Shown here: piece by piece, positions 1 through 7,814 of the stretch
Numbering within the stretch: position 1 is the stretch's first letter
Layout of the letters: the number at the start of each line of letters is the position of its first letter
NCBI GenBank assembly: GCA_023898565.1
Contig: CP060228.1
Span: 906,930-951,732 of the forward strand
Source of the DNA: Candidatus Nomurabacteria bacterium
GTDB taxonomy: Bacteria; Patescibacteriota; Minisyncoccia; Phycocordibacterales; UBA918
DNA: 44,803 nt
Direction: 5' to 3'
Translations under genes and position numbers: made by a program
Notes under the pieces: generated by a model
Database searches by the model: none
What the model was told of the DNA's origin: nothing
Seen by the model: the letters and a program-made list of their open reading frames with translations, nothing else

Positions 1-1
1 T

Positions 2-730
2 GAACAAGCAAATACCCGTCTGAAAGCACTCGATAAGCAGAAATCAGAATTTGTGTCTATTGCCTCACATCAGCTACGCAGCCCACTCACAGCTGTGCGA
101 GGCTATGCATCACTTTTACTTGACGGCGACTACGGACCACTGCCACAAAACGCCATTGAGCCCCTACAAAGAATCGAAAAGTCTTCCCGGCTCATGACAT
201 ACGCAATTGAAGACTATCTCAATGTTTCTCGAATTGAATCAGGCAACATGAAATACAATTACTCAGATTTTAATCTCAAGGATGAGGTTGAGCATATCTG
301 TGACGATCTCCGGCAAGATGCTATTAAAAACGGGCTATCTCTCATTTTCCGCAGCGATCTTATGAGTCGAGGAATTATCCACGCTGACCTAGGCAAAACC
401 GTACAGATTGTTCAAAATCTCATTCACAACTCAATCAAGTACACCAAGGAGGGAAGTATTAAGGTACTTGTTCGGGATGACGTGGTGCGCAAAAAAATTC
501 ACGTTGATATCATTGATACCGGCATTGGCATGAACAAAGAAACGCTCCTGACCATTTTCCAAAAATTCGAACGCGCTGATAACGCCAACAGCGTAAATGT
601 GCACGGCACCGGACTTGGCCTCTATGTAGCCAAGATGATGACTGAAGCTATGGGCGGAGAAGTGAAAGCTGCGTCAGACGGCGACGGCAAAGGTTCGTGC
701 TTTACGATCACCTTCCCACTTGCGCTGTAG
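2..730 (+). CDS. Sensor histidine kinase, C-terminal part (5' end cut by window edge)
   Basis: The frame is open from base 2 (EQANTRLKALDKQKSEFVSIASHQLRSPLT). H-box SHQLRSPL and ATPase motifs HNSIKYT, DTGIGM and GTGLGL are present. Stop at 728-730. Confidence 0.85.
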   Translation, partial: EQANTRLKALDKQKSEFVSIASHQLRSPLTAVRGYASLLLDGDYGPLPQNAIEPLQRIEKSSRLMTYAIEDYLNVSRIESGNMKYNYSDFNLKDEVEHICDDLRQDAIKNGLSLIFRSDLMSRGIIHADLGKTVQIVQNLIHNSIKYTKEGSIKVLVRDDVVRKKIHVDIIDTGIGMNKETLLTIFQKFERADNANSVNVHGTGLGLYVAKMMTEAMGGEVKAASDGDGKGSCFTITFPLAL

Positions 731-761
731 AACGAAAGATAATTGTTTGAGCTGCAATTTC

Positions 762-770
762 TGGTACTAT
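762..770 (+). promoter_or_regulatory. Extended -10 box TGgTACTAT, 6 nt upstream of trpS ATG
   Basis: TGnTAnnnT motif at 762-770; ATG at 777. Confidence 0.4.
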
Positions 771-776
771 TGCTCT

Positions 777-1721
777 ATGACAAACGGCAAACAACGACTT
801 CTTACCGGGATACAAGCAAGCGGCACGCTCCATATCGGCAACTACTTTGGAGCTCTTAAGCCTTTTAAAGATAGCTACGAGAATTTCGAGAGTTTTATCA
901 TGGTGGCAGACTACCACGCGCTCACCAGCCTGCGTGACGCAGACGCACTCCGCACCAATACGTACAACGTTGTACGCGACTATCTCGCTATTGGTGTTGA
1001 TCCCGAGAAAGCAATCATCTTTCGCCAGTCAGACAACCAAGACCACACCGAGCTCGGCTGGGTACTTAACTGTCTCGTAACCGTGCCGTTTTTGATGCAG
1101 GCGCACTCATATAAGGACAAAGTCGCCAAAGGCATCGAACCAAACGCCGGCCTCTTTACCTACCCAATGCTCATGGCCGCCGATATTCTTCTCTATAATG
1201 CAGATGTAGTGCCAGTCGGTGAAGATCAACGACAACACCTTGAGTACACCCGTGAAGCAGTCGGGAAATTTAACCGCGCCTATGGTGAGCTACTCAAAGA
1301 ACCAAAAGAAATGATTCTCGAAGGAGTGGGCGTGGTACCAGGCACTGATGGCCAAAAGATGAGCAAGAGCTATGGCAATACCATTCCACTCTTTGGTACT
1401 AAGGAAGAAATTGAAAAGGCTGTAATGGGCATCGTGACCGACTCCGCTGGCGACCGACCTGAGAACGTCTACGCAATTCATCGCTTGCTAAAATCAGCAG
1501 AAGAGCTCAATCCAATCTACGAAAGGCACAAAGGCCGCTATGGCGATCTCAAGAAGCTGCTCGCAGCAGACCTCGAAGCTATGATTGCTCCGATGCGCGA
1601 AAAGCGCGATACCATTACCGATGAAATGGTGGAAGCAGTACTAGCAACTGGCGCAGGAAAGGCGCGCACAATATCAAACGAAACCATGAGCAAGGTGCGG
1701 CACTCAATCGGTATTCGCTAA
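777..1721 (+). CDS. trpS: Tryptophanyl-tRNA synthetase
   Basis: Class I signature TLHIGNYFGA, KMSKS, and TrpRS-like length and sequence. Start placed at ATG 777 (MTNGKQRLLTGIQ) rather than ORF-track 720, which overlaps the kinase stop. Confidence 0.9.
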   Translation: MTNGKQRLLTGIQASGTLHIGNYFGALKPFKDSYENFESFIMVADYHALTSLRDADALRTNTYNVVRDYLAIGVDPEKAIIFRQSDNQDHTELGWVLNCLVTVPFLMQAHSYKDKVAKGIEPNAGLFTYPMLMAADILLYNADVVPVGEDQRQHLEYTREAVGKFNRAYGELLKEPKEMILEGVGVVPGTDGQKMSKSYGNTIPLFGTKEEIEKAVMGIVTDSAGDRPENVYAIHRLLKSAEELNPIYERHKGRYGDLKKLLAADLEAMIAPMREKRDTITDEMVEAVLATGAGKARTISNETMSKVRHSIGIR

Positions 1722-1735
1722 GTTGACATATCATG

Positions 1736-1773
1736 AAACAAAGGTACAGTACTCACGTACTGTACCTTTGTTT
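1736..1773 (+). terminator. Perfect 17-bp hairpin just after trpS stop
   Basis: AAACAAAGGTACAGTAC-TCAC-GTACTGTACCTTTGTTT; the 3' arm is T-rich. Confidence 0.6.
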
Positions 1774-1783
1774 GGAGCACAAG

Positions 1784-2095
1784 GTGGACACTATTTACTT
1801 GGCAGGACCAGCAGTAAAGACAATCATGGAGGAGGCTGGTTACTCATTTTATGATTTAAGCAGCTATCCTAATCCGAGTGAACTCCTCATACAGCTACAC
1901 ACACCTGAGGGCGGCCCGACACTCGAGGAGACACAAGAGTGTCTGTCGCTTCTAAGGCGCGAGTTGCCTCGGCGGTTCGCTCCATCCATACTGTTCCTCG
2001 TCGAACTCAAGCCTGGAGATGAAAAGTATTTCACCGACATCGATACTGCGGGTGTCAGCTATATGATTTCGATTAGCAACCCCTTCAAACGATAA
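1784..2095 (+). CDS. Hypothetical protein (start uncertain: 1733, 1784 GTG or 1826 ATG)
   Basis: ORF 1733-2095. ATG 1733 lies inside the trpS terminator hairpin. GTG 1784 is preceded by GGAG at 1774-1777. No motif recognised. Confidence 0.4.
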   Translation: MDTIYLAGPAVKTIMEEAGYSFYDLSSYPNPSELLIQLHTPEGGPTLEETQECLSLLRRELPRRFAPSILFLVELKPGDEKYFTDIDTAGVSYMISISNPFKR

Positions 2096-2103
2096 ATCTT
2101 CTC

Positions 2104-2126
2104 AAAACGGCCTAAGGGCCGTTTTA
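2104..2126 (+). terminator. Rho-independent terminator
   Basis: AAAACGGCC-TAAG-GGCCGTTTT. Confidence 0.6.
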
Positions 2127-2159
2127 TTGACGAAATGAAAAACTCGAGCTAGGCTACCT

Positions 2160-2312
2160 ATACGCCCAAGAAGCAGATGACACTGTGGAGGCAAATGACG
2201 AGAACAAAGAAGGTCCTCTTCGAGGATGAAGTAGGGTGGCACCGCGACTCATCACAGATGGGAATCGCCCCTATAAATATATTATTAAGTTAATACATTT
2301 ATAGGGGCGATT
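2160..2312 (+). promoter_or_regulatory. T-box leader (tRNA-sensing riboswitch) upstream of aspS
   Basis: T-box sequence GTAGGGTGGCACCGCG at 2231-2246. Antiterminator: helix GUAGGG/CCCUAU, 7-nt bulge UGGCACC, helix GCGA/UCGC. It competes with the 16-bp hairpin 2263-2278/2297-2312. Stem III-like hairpin at about 2213-2227. Confidence 0.8.
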
Positions 2313-2335
2313 GCGTTCCTATAAAGCAATTATTT

Positions 2336-3688
2336 ATGGAACGAACACTCATAGCTGATCTCCACAGCCACATTGGAGAAGAAGTTTTAATTAACGCTGT
2401 CGTCAATGTTGCACGTCAGCAGGGCAAGATGGCCTTTTTCGATTTTCGTGACCGCTCAGGCATCATTCAAGGTGTTGTTTTCGGCAAGCCTGAAGTGCTT
2501 GAAGTTGCCAAAGACCTTACCCAAGAATACTCAGTGGCCGTGAAAGGAATGGTGAACCAACGCCCAGAAAAGATGGTAAACACAGGCGTGCAAAACGGCG
2601 ATATCGAACTCGAAATCACCGGCGTTGAAGTTCTCAACCCATCTGACGCCATGCCATTTGATATGGACGGTGAACTCAACCTCGACACCTTGCTCGACTA
2701 CCGACCACTGACACTGCGTCGACCACGCGAGCGCGCGATATTCAAAGTGCAGCATGAAATCCTAAACGCGTACCGCCGCTTCTTGACTGACAACGGCTTT
2801 ACCGAATTCCAAGCGCCAAAGCTCGTTGGTGGCGACGCAGAAGGTGGTTCGGAGGTATTTAAGGTGAAGTACTTCAAGGGAGTCGACGCCTCACTCGCAA
2901 CCAGCCCACAGCTCTACAAGCAGATTATGGTTGGTGTCTTTGAGCGTGTCTTTGCGGTTGGCCAGACTTTCCGCGCCGAAAAGAGCGCGACCACGCGCCA
3001 CCTCAGCGAAATCTCTATGCTCGACCTCGAGATGGGATTCATCAAAGACCACACTGATGTGATTGCACTGGTGACCGAACTTATGAAGGCGATTACTGCA
3101 CACATCAACACCACCTGCGCAGCCGAACTGAAGCTCCTTGGCGTAGAGGAAGCGCTCGCGCCAGAGAAATTTCCAGTCATGACACTGCATGAAGCTCAGG
3201 AGCTTATCAAGAAAGAAACTGGCGTCGACAAGACATCAGAACCAGACCTCGAACCAGAAGATGAGCGTTTTCTCTGCGAATACGCCAACAAAAACCTTGG
3301 TTCAGACTTTGTTTTCGTAACACATTTCCCAACCAAGAAGCGACCGTTCTACACCCATATTGAGCCAGCCGACCCAGACTTCACCCGCAGCTTCGACCTC
3401 TTGTTCCGCGGCCTCGAGATGTGTTCTGGCGGGCAGCGCGTGCACAAGTACGAAGAACTAATCGAGCGCCTCAAGAGCAAAGGACTCGATCCAGACAAGT
3501 TCCAGTTCTACCTCCAAGCCTTCAAATACGGCATCCCACCACACGGCGGCATCGGCATGGGCCTTGAACGTCTCACGGCGAAGTTCTGCGGAGTAGGGAA
3601 CGTAAAAGAAGCGACGATGTTCCCACGCGACATCAACCGCATCGACACTTTAACCTCGAAGGACCAGAGCGAGACGGCGGAAATTTAA
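2336..3688 (+). CDS. aspS: Aspartyl-tRNA synthetase, short archaeal/eukaryote-like type
   Basis: 450 aa. N-terminal OB anticodon-binding domain and class II motifs (FRAEKS, GGQRVH, GLERL). Lacks the long bacterial insertion. Confidence 0.88.
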   Translation: MERTLIADLHSHIGEEVLINAVVNVARQQGKMAFFDFRDRSGIIQGVVFGKPEVLEVAKDLTQEYSVAVKGMVNQRPEKMVNTGVQNGDIELEITGVEVLNPSDAMPFDMDGELNLDTLLDYRPLTLRRPRERAIFKVQHEILNAYRRFLTDNGFTEFQAPKLVGGDAEGGSEVFKVKYFKGVDASLATSPQLYKQIMVGVFERVFAVGQTFRAEKSATTRHLSEISMLDLEMGFIKDHTDVIALVTELMKAITAHINTTCAAELKLLGVEEALAPEKFPVMTLHEAQELIKKETGVDKTSEPDLEPEDERFLCEYANKNLGSDFVFVTHFPTKKRPFYTHIEPADPDFTRSFDLLFRGLEMCSGGQRVHKYEELIERLKSKGLDPDKFQFYLQAFKYGIPPHGGIGMGLERLTAKFCGVGNVKEATMFPRDINRIDTLTSKDQSETAEI

Positions 3689-3711
3689 TTCCAAAGTCCA
3701 GCAAAGCAAAA

Positions 3712-3744
3712 AGCGGGCGGAGCCTTCGGCTCCGCCCGCTTTTT
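3712..3744 (+). terminator. Rho-independent terminator after aspS
   Basis: AGCGGGCGGAGCC-TTCG-GGCTCCGCCCGCT followed by TTTT. Confidence 0.8.
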
Positions 3745-3752
3745 GCTATAAT
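3744..3752 (+). promoter_or_regulatory. Extended -10 box TGcTATAAT, 6 nt upstream of ATG 3759
   Basis: Consensus TATAAT with upstream TGn; spacing implies a leaderless transcript. Confidence 0.5.
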
Positions 3753-3758
3753 AAAAAA

Positions 3759-4070
3759 ATGAAATTTATTGCTGATGAATACAAAAACAGCAGAGGAGGG
3801 TATTCCAGGTTGTATAAAATTATTTGCAGAAAATGCAACGACCCAATCTGCCTCTATCAAAAAGACGGACCGGGCAATTTACGTAGAATGTATCTTGACA
3901 GGATGTTTGACCAAACAACAAACCACAAAAAGAAGGAGTTAACTTGCCAAAATAATCACATTCTCGGAATTAAAATTACTCACAACGAACACAACGAATC
4001 CCGAGAAGCTTACCGACTATTTGTTGATGCAATCATTAAAACACCTGTAAATATTAAGTCACTAAAGTAA
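3759..4070 (+). CDS. Hypothetical small Cys-containing (zinc-ribbon-like) protein, AT-rich gene
   Basis: 103 aa with CRKC...C and C-x3-H. Visibly lower GC than its neighbours. The stop lies 1 nt before the pepA ATG. Confidence 0.5.
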   Translation: MKFIADEYKNSRGGYSRLYKIICRKCNDPICLYQKDGPGNLRRMYLDRMFDQTTNHKKKELTCQNNHILGIKITHNEHNESREAYRLFVDAIIKTPVNIKSLK

Positions 4071-4071
4071 C

Positions 4072-5502
4072 ATGACAAAAATCACCAGCACCACCAAGCC
4101 GCTTTCAGAAGCCGCGAAGAAGTATTGCCGAATTGTAGTTACTGATGCCAAGCCAAGCTGGCACCGACTCGTCGAGCGCGCTGATGGTGTTTTGGAATAT
4201 CGCCTTGGAGCTGGAAAAGGGAAGAGCATGACGGCGCGTAGCTTCCGCACACTCGTGCGTAGTATTGTGCAAGCAGCAAAGTCACACCAAGTAAGCGAAA
4301 TTGCTCTGGAGCTAGACCATGCCAATTACCCAAAGCTCGCTGAGTACGGCGAAACGTGGTTTTACCGCACGATTGCCGAAAATCTTTCGCTCGCCGCATA
4401 TGAATTTACCCACTACAAAACCAGCAAGAAAAGCGAAGGTGTACTGAAGGAAGTTCTTGTTTGCGGCGTAAGTAGCAAGGCACAAAAAGACTCGTTTGCT
4501 GCCGGACTAATTGTGGCCGAAGCGATGAATCACACCCGCGACATCGCCAACACCTCTGGCGGCGACCTTACTCCAAGCAAGCTCGCTGAGGAGGCAAAGA
4601 ATATCCTCAAAGGCACCAAGGCGGCAGTGCGGGTGCTAAATGCAGCCGCTATTAAGCGTGAAAAGATGGGACTCCTTGAAGCCGTCGGGAAAGGAGCTGA
4701 AGACCGTGAGCGTCTGATTGTAATTGAGTACTGGGGCGCCGGGAAACCAGCCAAGAAAGGAGACAAAACCAAGGCGCCAATTGCACTCATTGGCAAAGGT
4801 ATTACTTATGACACGGGCGGCCTCAATGTAAAACCGAGTGGCTACATGCACGAAATGCACATGGACATGTCTGGTGGTGCAGCCATGATTGGCACCATGC
4901 GCGCGATTGCCAAGCTTGGCCTTAAAAAGAATGTGGTGGCAGTGATTCCAGCCGCTGAAAATGCCATCTCAGAACGCAGCATGCGCGCCGGTGATATCGC
5001 CACCAGCATGTCTGGCAAAACCGTGGAGATATTGCACACCGACGCCGAAGGTCGCCTCATCTTAGCCGACGCTATGACCTACGCCGAAAAGCACTTCGCA
5101 CCACGCATTATGCTCGACGCCGCTACGCTTACCGGCGCGTCGCTCTCTGCACTTGGCCAACATACCTCGGCAATCCTTACCAAAGATCAAGCCCTTTCTG
5201 ACACGCTCGTAAAACTCGGTGAAGAATCCGGCGACCTCGTGTGGCCACTCCCGCTTTGGGACGAATACAAAGCGATGCTTAAGAGTACTCGCGCTGACGT
5301 TAGCAATATCGCCACCAATTTCTCTCGCTACGCGGGCTGTATCGAAGGCGGTATTTTCCTCGCTCACTTTGCTCCCAAGAAAACACCCTGGGCACATATC
5401 GATATCGCACCACGCATGGAAAGCATCCCTAGCGACAAGCTTGCTAAAGGCGCAACTGGGGAACCTGTCCGTCTTCTCGTCCGCTTTATTGAGACTAACT
5501 AA
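4072..5502 (+). CDS. pepA: Leucyl aminopeptidase (M17 family)
   Basis: M17 signature HTDAEGRLILADA; GKGITYDTGG metal-ligand region. Confidence 0.88.
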   Translation: MTKITSTTKPLSEAAKKYCRIVVTDAKPSWHRLVERADGVLEYRLGAGKGKSMTARSFRTLVRSIVQAAKSHQVSEIALELDHANYPKLAEYGETWFYRTIAENLSLAAYEFTHYKTSKKSEGVLKEVLVCGVSSKAQKDSFAAGLIVAEAMNHTRDIANTSGGDLTPSKLAEEAKNILKGTKAAVRVLNAAAIKREKMGLLEAVGKGAEDRERLIVIEYWGAGKPAKKGDKTKAPIALIGKGITYDTGGLNVKPSGYMHEMHMDMSGGAAMIGTMRAIAKLGLKKNVVAVIPAAENAISERSMRAGDIATSMSGKTVEILHTDAEGRLILADAMTYAEKHFAPRIMLDAATLTGASLSALGQHTSAILTKDQALSDTLVKLGEESGDLVWPLPLWDEYKAMLKSTRADVSNIATNFSRYAGCIEGGIFLAHFAPKKTPWAHIDIAPRMESIPSDKLAKGATGEPVRLLVRFIETN

Positions 5503-5516
5503 CAAAAATTAAGCCG

Positions 5517-5525
5517 TGCTAAAAT
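5517..5525 (+). promoter_or_regulatory. Extended -10 box TGcTAAAAT, 6 nt upstream of scpA ATG
   Basis: TGnTAnnnT at 5517-5525; ATG at 5532. Confidence 0.5.
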
Positions 5526-5531
5526 ATTCTC

Positions 5532-6260
5532 ATGAACACGGCTTTTGCCATTAAAACTGAGGTCTTTGAGGCCCCTATGGAGCTCCTCATTGAACTCGTT
5601 GAAAAACGAAAGCTACTTATCAATGACATCTCACTCGCACAAGTCACGGACGAATACATGCAGACGGTAAGCATGATGCAAGAACTCTCACTGCCAAACA
5701 CTGCGCAGTTTGTCACCCTTGCCGCCACACTTCTTCTTATCAAATCAAAATCACTACTACCAGTGCTTGATCTCACTACCGAGGAAGAGGCGACGATTGA
5801 AGATCTTGAGCAACGATTGAGACAATATCAGATATATCGTGATATCGGACTTACGCTACAATCTAGATTTGGCCACCAAAAATCCTACGAACCAGAATTC
5901 ACGCCACCACGAAATCCACTTTTTGCACCCGACCACTACAGTAGTCTCACTGAATTAGAGGCAGCAATGTACCGAGTACTTAGCGCACTCCCTAAAACCG
6001 AATTAAAGCCAGTGGCGAAAGTTCGTCCAACCATCTCGCTCGAAGAAATGATGGACAAGCTCCAGCGTCGCATCGAAAACCAAATGCGCACAAAATTTTC
6101 AGAAATCAGAGCCGGGGAAACCGAACATAAAAATATTATTGTAAGCTTCTTGGCAGTCCTTGAGCTTTTCAAGCAAGGAAACATGATTATTACGCAAAAC
6201 AACCGCTTTGATGACATTGAAATCGAGCTCGACAGAGCTTCTACACCTCGCTACTACTAG
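5532..6260 (+). CDS. scpA: Segregation and condensation protein A (kleisin)
   Basis: N-terminal FEAPMELLIELVEKRKLLINDISLAQVTDEY is typical of ScpA. Followed by scpB. Confidence 0.85.
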   Translation: MNTAFAIKTEVFEAPMELLIELVEKRKLLINDISLAQVTDEYMQTVSMMQELSLPNTAQFVTLAATLLLIKSKSLLPVLDLTTEEEATIEDLEQRLRQYQIYRDIGLTLQSRFGHQKSYEPEFTPPRNPLFAPDHYSSLTELEAAMYRVLSALPKTELKPVAKVRPTISLEEMMDKLQRRIENQMRTKFSEIRAGETEHKNIIVSFLAVLELFKQGNMIITQNNRFDDIEIELDRASTPRYY

Positions 6261-6292
6261 ACACAGGATTGCCTTAAAATCCATGTATTTCG

Positions 6293-6301
6293 TGCTAGAA
6301 T
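6293..6301 (+). promoter_or_regulatory. Extended -10 box TGcTAGAAT, 6 nt upstream of scpB ATG
   Basis: TGnTAnnnT at 6293-6301; ATG at 6308. Confidence 0.45.
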
Positions 6302-6307
6302 GCCCAT

Positions 6308-6832
6308 ATGAACCTAGACGTGCTCATCGAGGCGCTGCTTTTTTATAAAGCGAGCCCACAGAACAAGCAAAAACTTGCGAAGATTTTCGCTGTATCAGAA
6401 GAAGAATTTTCTGCTGCCCTCACAACCCTTCGCAATCGACTCAAATCCGGTGCAGTACGACTCATTGAAACTGAAACTGAAATCACCTTAGCCACTGCTT
6501 CCGAACTTTCTGAATTTGTCGAATCGCTTCAAAAGCAAGAAATGAATGGCGACATCGGTAAAGCAGGTGCAGAAACGCTGGCGATAATTTTGTATCGCGA
6601 ACCCATTTCTCGAGTTGAGATTGACCGCATTCGCGGTGTGAATTCATCATTTATTTTACGTAATCTTCTTATGCGCGGGCTCATTAGCCGTGAATCCATC
6701 ACTGGCAACGGTTATCAATTCCGCATCAGTCCAGCCTTACTCACGCACCTTGGAGTAAGCAGTAAACAAGAACTGCCTCAGTTTTCTGATTTTATGAACG
6801 CAATTGATGACTTTGATAAAGCTGAATCATGA
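6308..6832 (+). CDS. scpB: Segregation and condensation protein B
   Basis: IEALLFYKASP start, tandem winged-helix layout (ILYREPISRVEIDRIRGV), position after scpA. Confidence 0.85.
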   Translation: MNLDVLIEALLFYKASPQNKQKLAKIFAVSEEEFSAALTTLRNRLKSGAVRLIETETEITLATASELSEFVESLQKQEMNGDIGKAGAETLAIILYREPISRVEIDRIRGVNSSFILRNLLMRGLISRESITGNGYQFRISPALLTHLGVSSKQELPQFSDFMNAIDDFDKAES

Positions 6833-7812
6833 ATAACCTCACCGACTACACAAATGAGCAGCATCAACGCTTCCCAATCTTAGCTCAGCTTGGTATTTTA
6901 CTGTTTATATTAGTCGGTGTTTTTGGCGCGCTTCTGCTCCCTTCTAATGATACAGAGGAGATTGCGAGCGAACCAATGGAGACCGCCATTAGACCCCTTC
7001 CAGAAGCGCGCCCCCTCAGCACAGCTACTATAGAAAACGTCACCTTACGCGCTAAGGCAGCTTACGTACTCGACGTAAAAGGGCAGCGAGCTCTCTTTGA
7101 AAAAAATGCCAATGAGGTTTTGCCACTGGCATCGATTACAAAACTCATGACCACACTTGTCGCATACGAATTAATCACGGACGACACAGTGACAAGCATG
7201 CCGCTCTCCGCCATTAAACAAGAGGGGAGTAGCGGCCTTTCAGTAGGCGAACGCTTGAGTGCAGAGAAGCTCCGTAAACTCGCACTTATATCATCTTCCA
7301 ATGATGCCGCGTTCGCACTCGGTGCCAGCGTAGGATCATTGCTTGGAGATGAGGATCCTAATGCACAGTTTGTAGCCGCAATGAATATCCGCGCTGATGA
7401 ACTCGGTCTTGATACACTCGAGTACTGGAATCCCACCGGCCTCGATCTCTCGAACACAAAACCTGGCGCTGTTGGTAGCGCCAAAGATGTATCACTCCTC
7501 ATGGAATATATCATCACGCATTACCCTGAAATCATTACCCCAACCCAAGAGGCAGCTGCGCGCATTTACAATACAGCAGGAGCATACCACGAAATCAGCA
7601 ACACCAACGAAGTAGCCCTTGAAATCCCAAATATGATTGGATCAAAAACTGGGTTTACAGATTTGGCAGGGGGGAATCTTACCATCGCTTTTGATGCTGG
7701 CTTTGATCGACCAATTATCATTACTGTTTTGAGATCAACTCGCGATGAACGCTTTAGCGATGTTCTTGCTTTGGTAAAGGCAACGCAAGATGTTCTAGGA
7801 AATATTGAATAA
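6829..7812 (+). CDS. D-alanyl-D-alanine carboxypeptidase (S11, PBP5-like) with N-terminal membrane anchor
   Basis: SxxK (SITK), SxN (SSN) and KTG (KTGFT) motifs. ATGA overlap with the scpB stop. Confidence 0.82.
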   Translation: MNNLTDYTNEQHQRFPILAQLGILLFILVGVFGALLLPSNDTEEIASEPMETAIRPLPEARPLSTATIENVTLRAKAAYVLDVKGQRALFEKNANEVLPLASITKLMTTLVAYELITDDTVTSMPLSAIKQEGSSGLSVGERLSAEKLRKLALISSSNDAAFALGASVGSLLGDEDPNAQFVAAMNIRADELGLDTLEYWNPTGLDLSNTKPGAVGSAKDVSLLMEYIITHYPEIITPTQEAAARIYNTAGAYHEISNTNEVALEIPNMIGSKTGFTDLAGGNLTIAFDAGFDRPIIITVLRSTRDERFSDVLALVKATQDVLGNIE

Positions 7813-7814
7813 TT

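Noticed and set aside
720-776. N-terminal extensions suggested by the ORF track (trpS 720, pgi 22696, LOG 23465, yqeY 33275, CaCA 36061, rplU 32041, oxidase 42687)
   Set aside because: The extensions overlap upstream genes or terminators and encode Cys/Trp-rich unconserved-looking residues. Internal ATGs match family N-termini and are often preceded by a -10 box at 6-8 nt.
5062-5505. 147-aa minus-strand ORF and similar antisense ORFs (for example 7062-7517, 8279-8752, 9111-9512, 14145-14534, 26936-27421, 28954-29415, 32756-33241)
   Set aside because: All lie wholly inside well-supported genes on the opposite strand and have no recognisable motifs.
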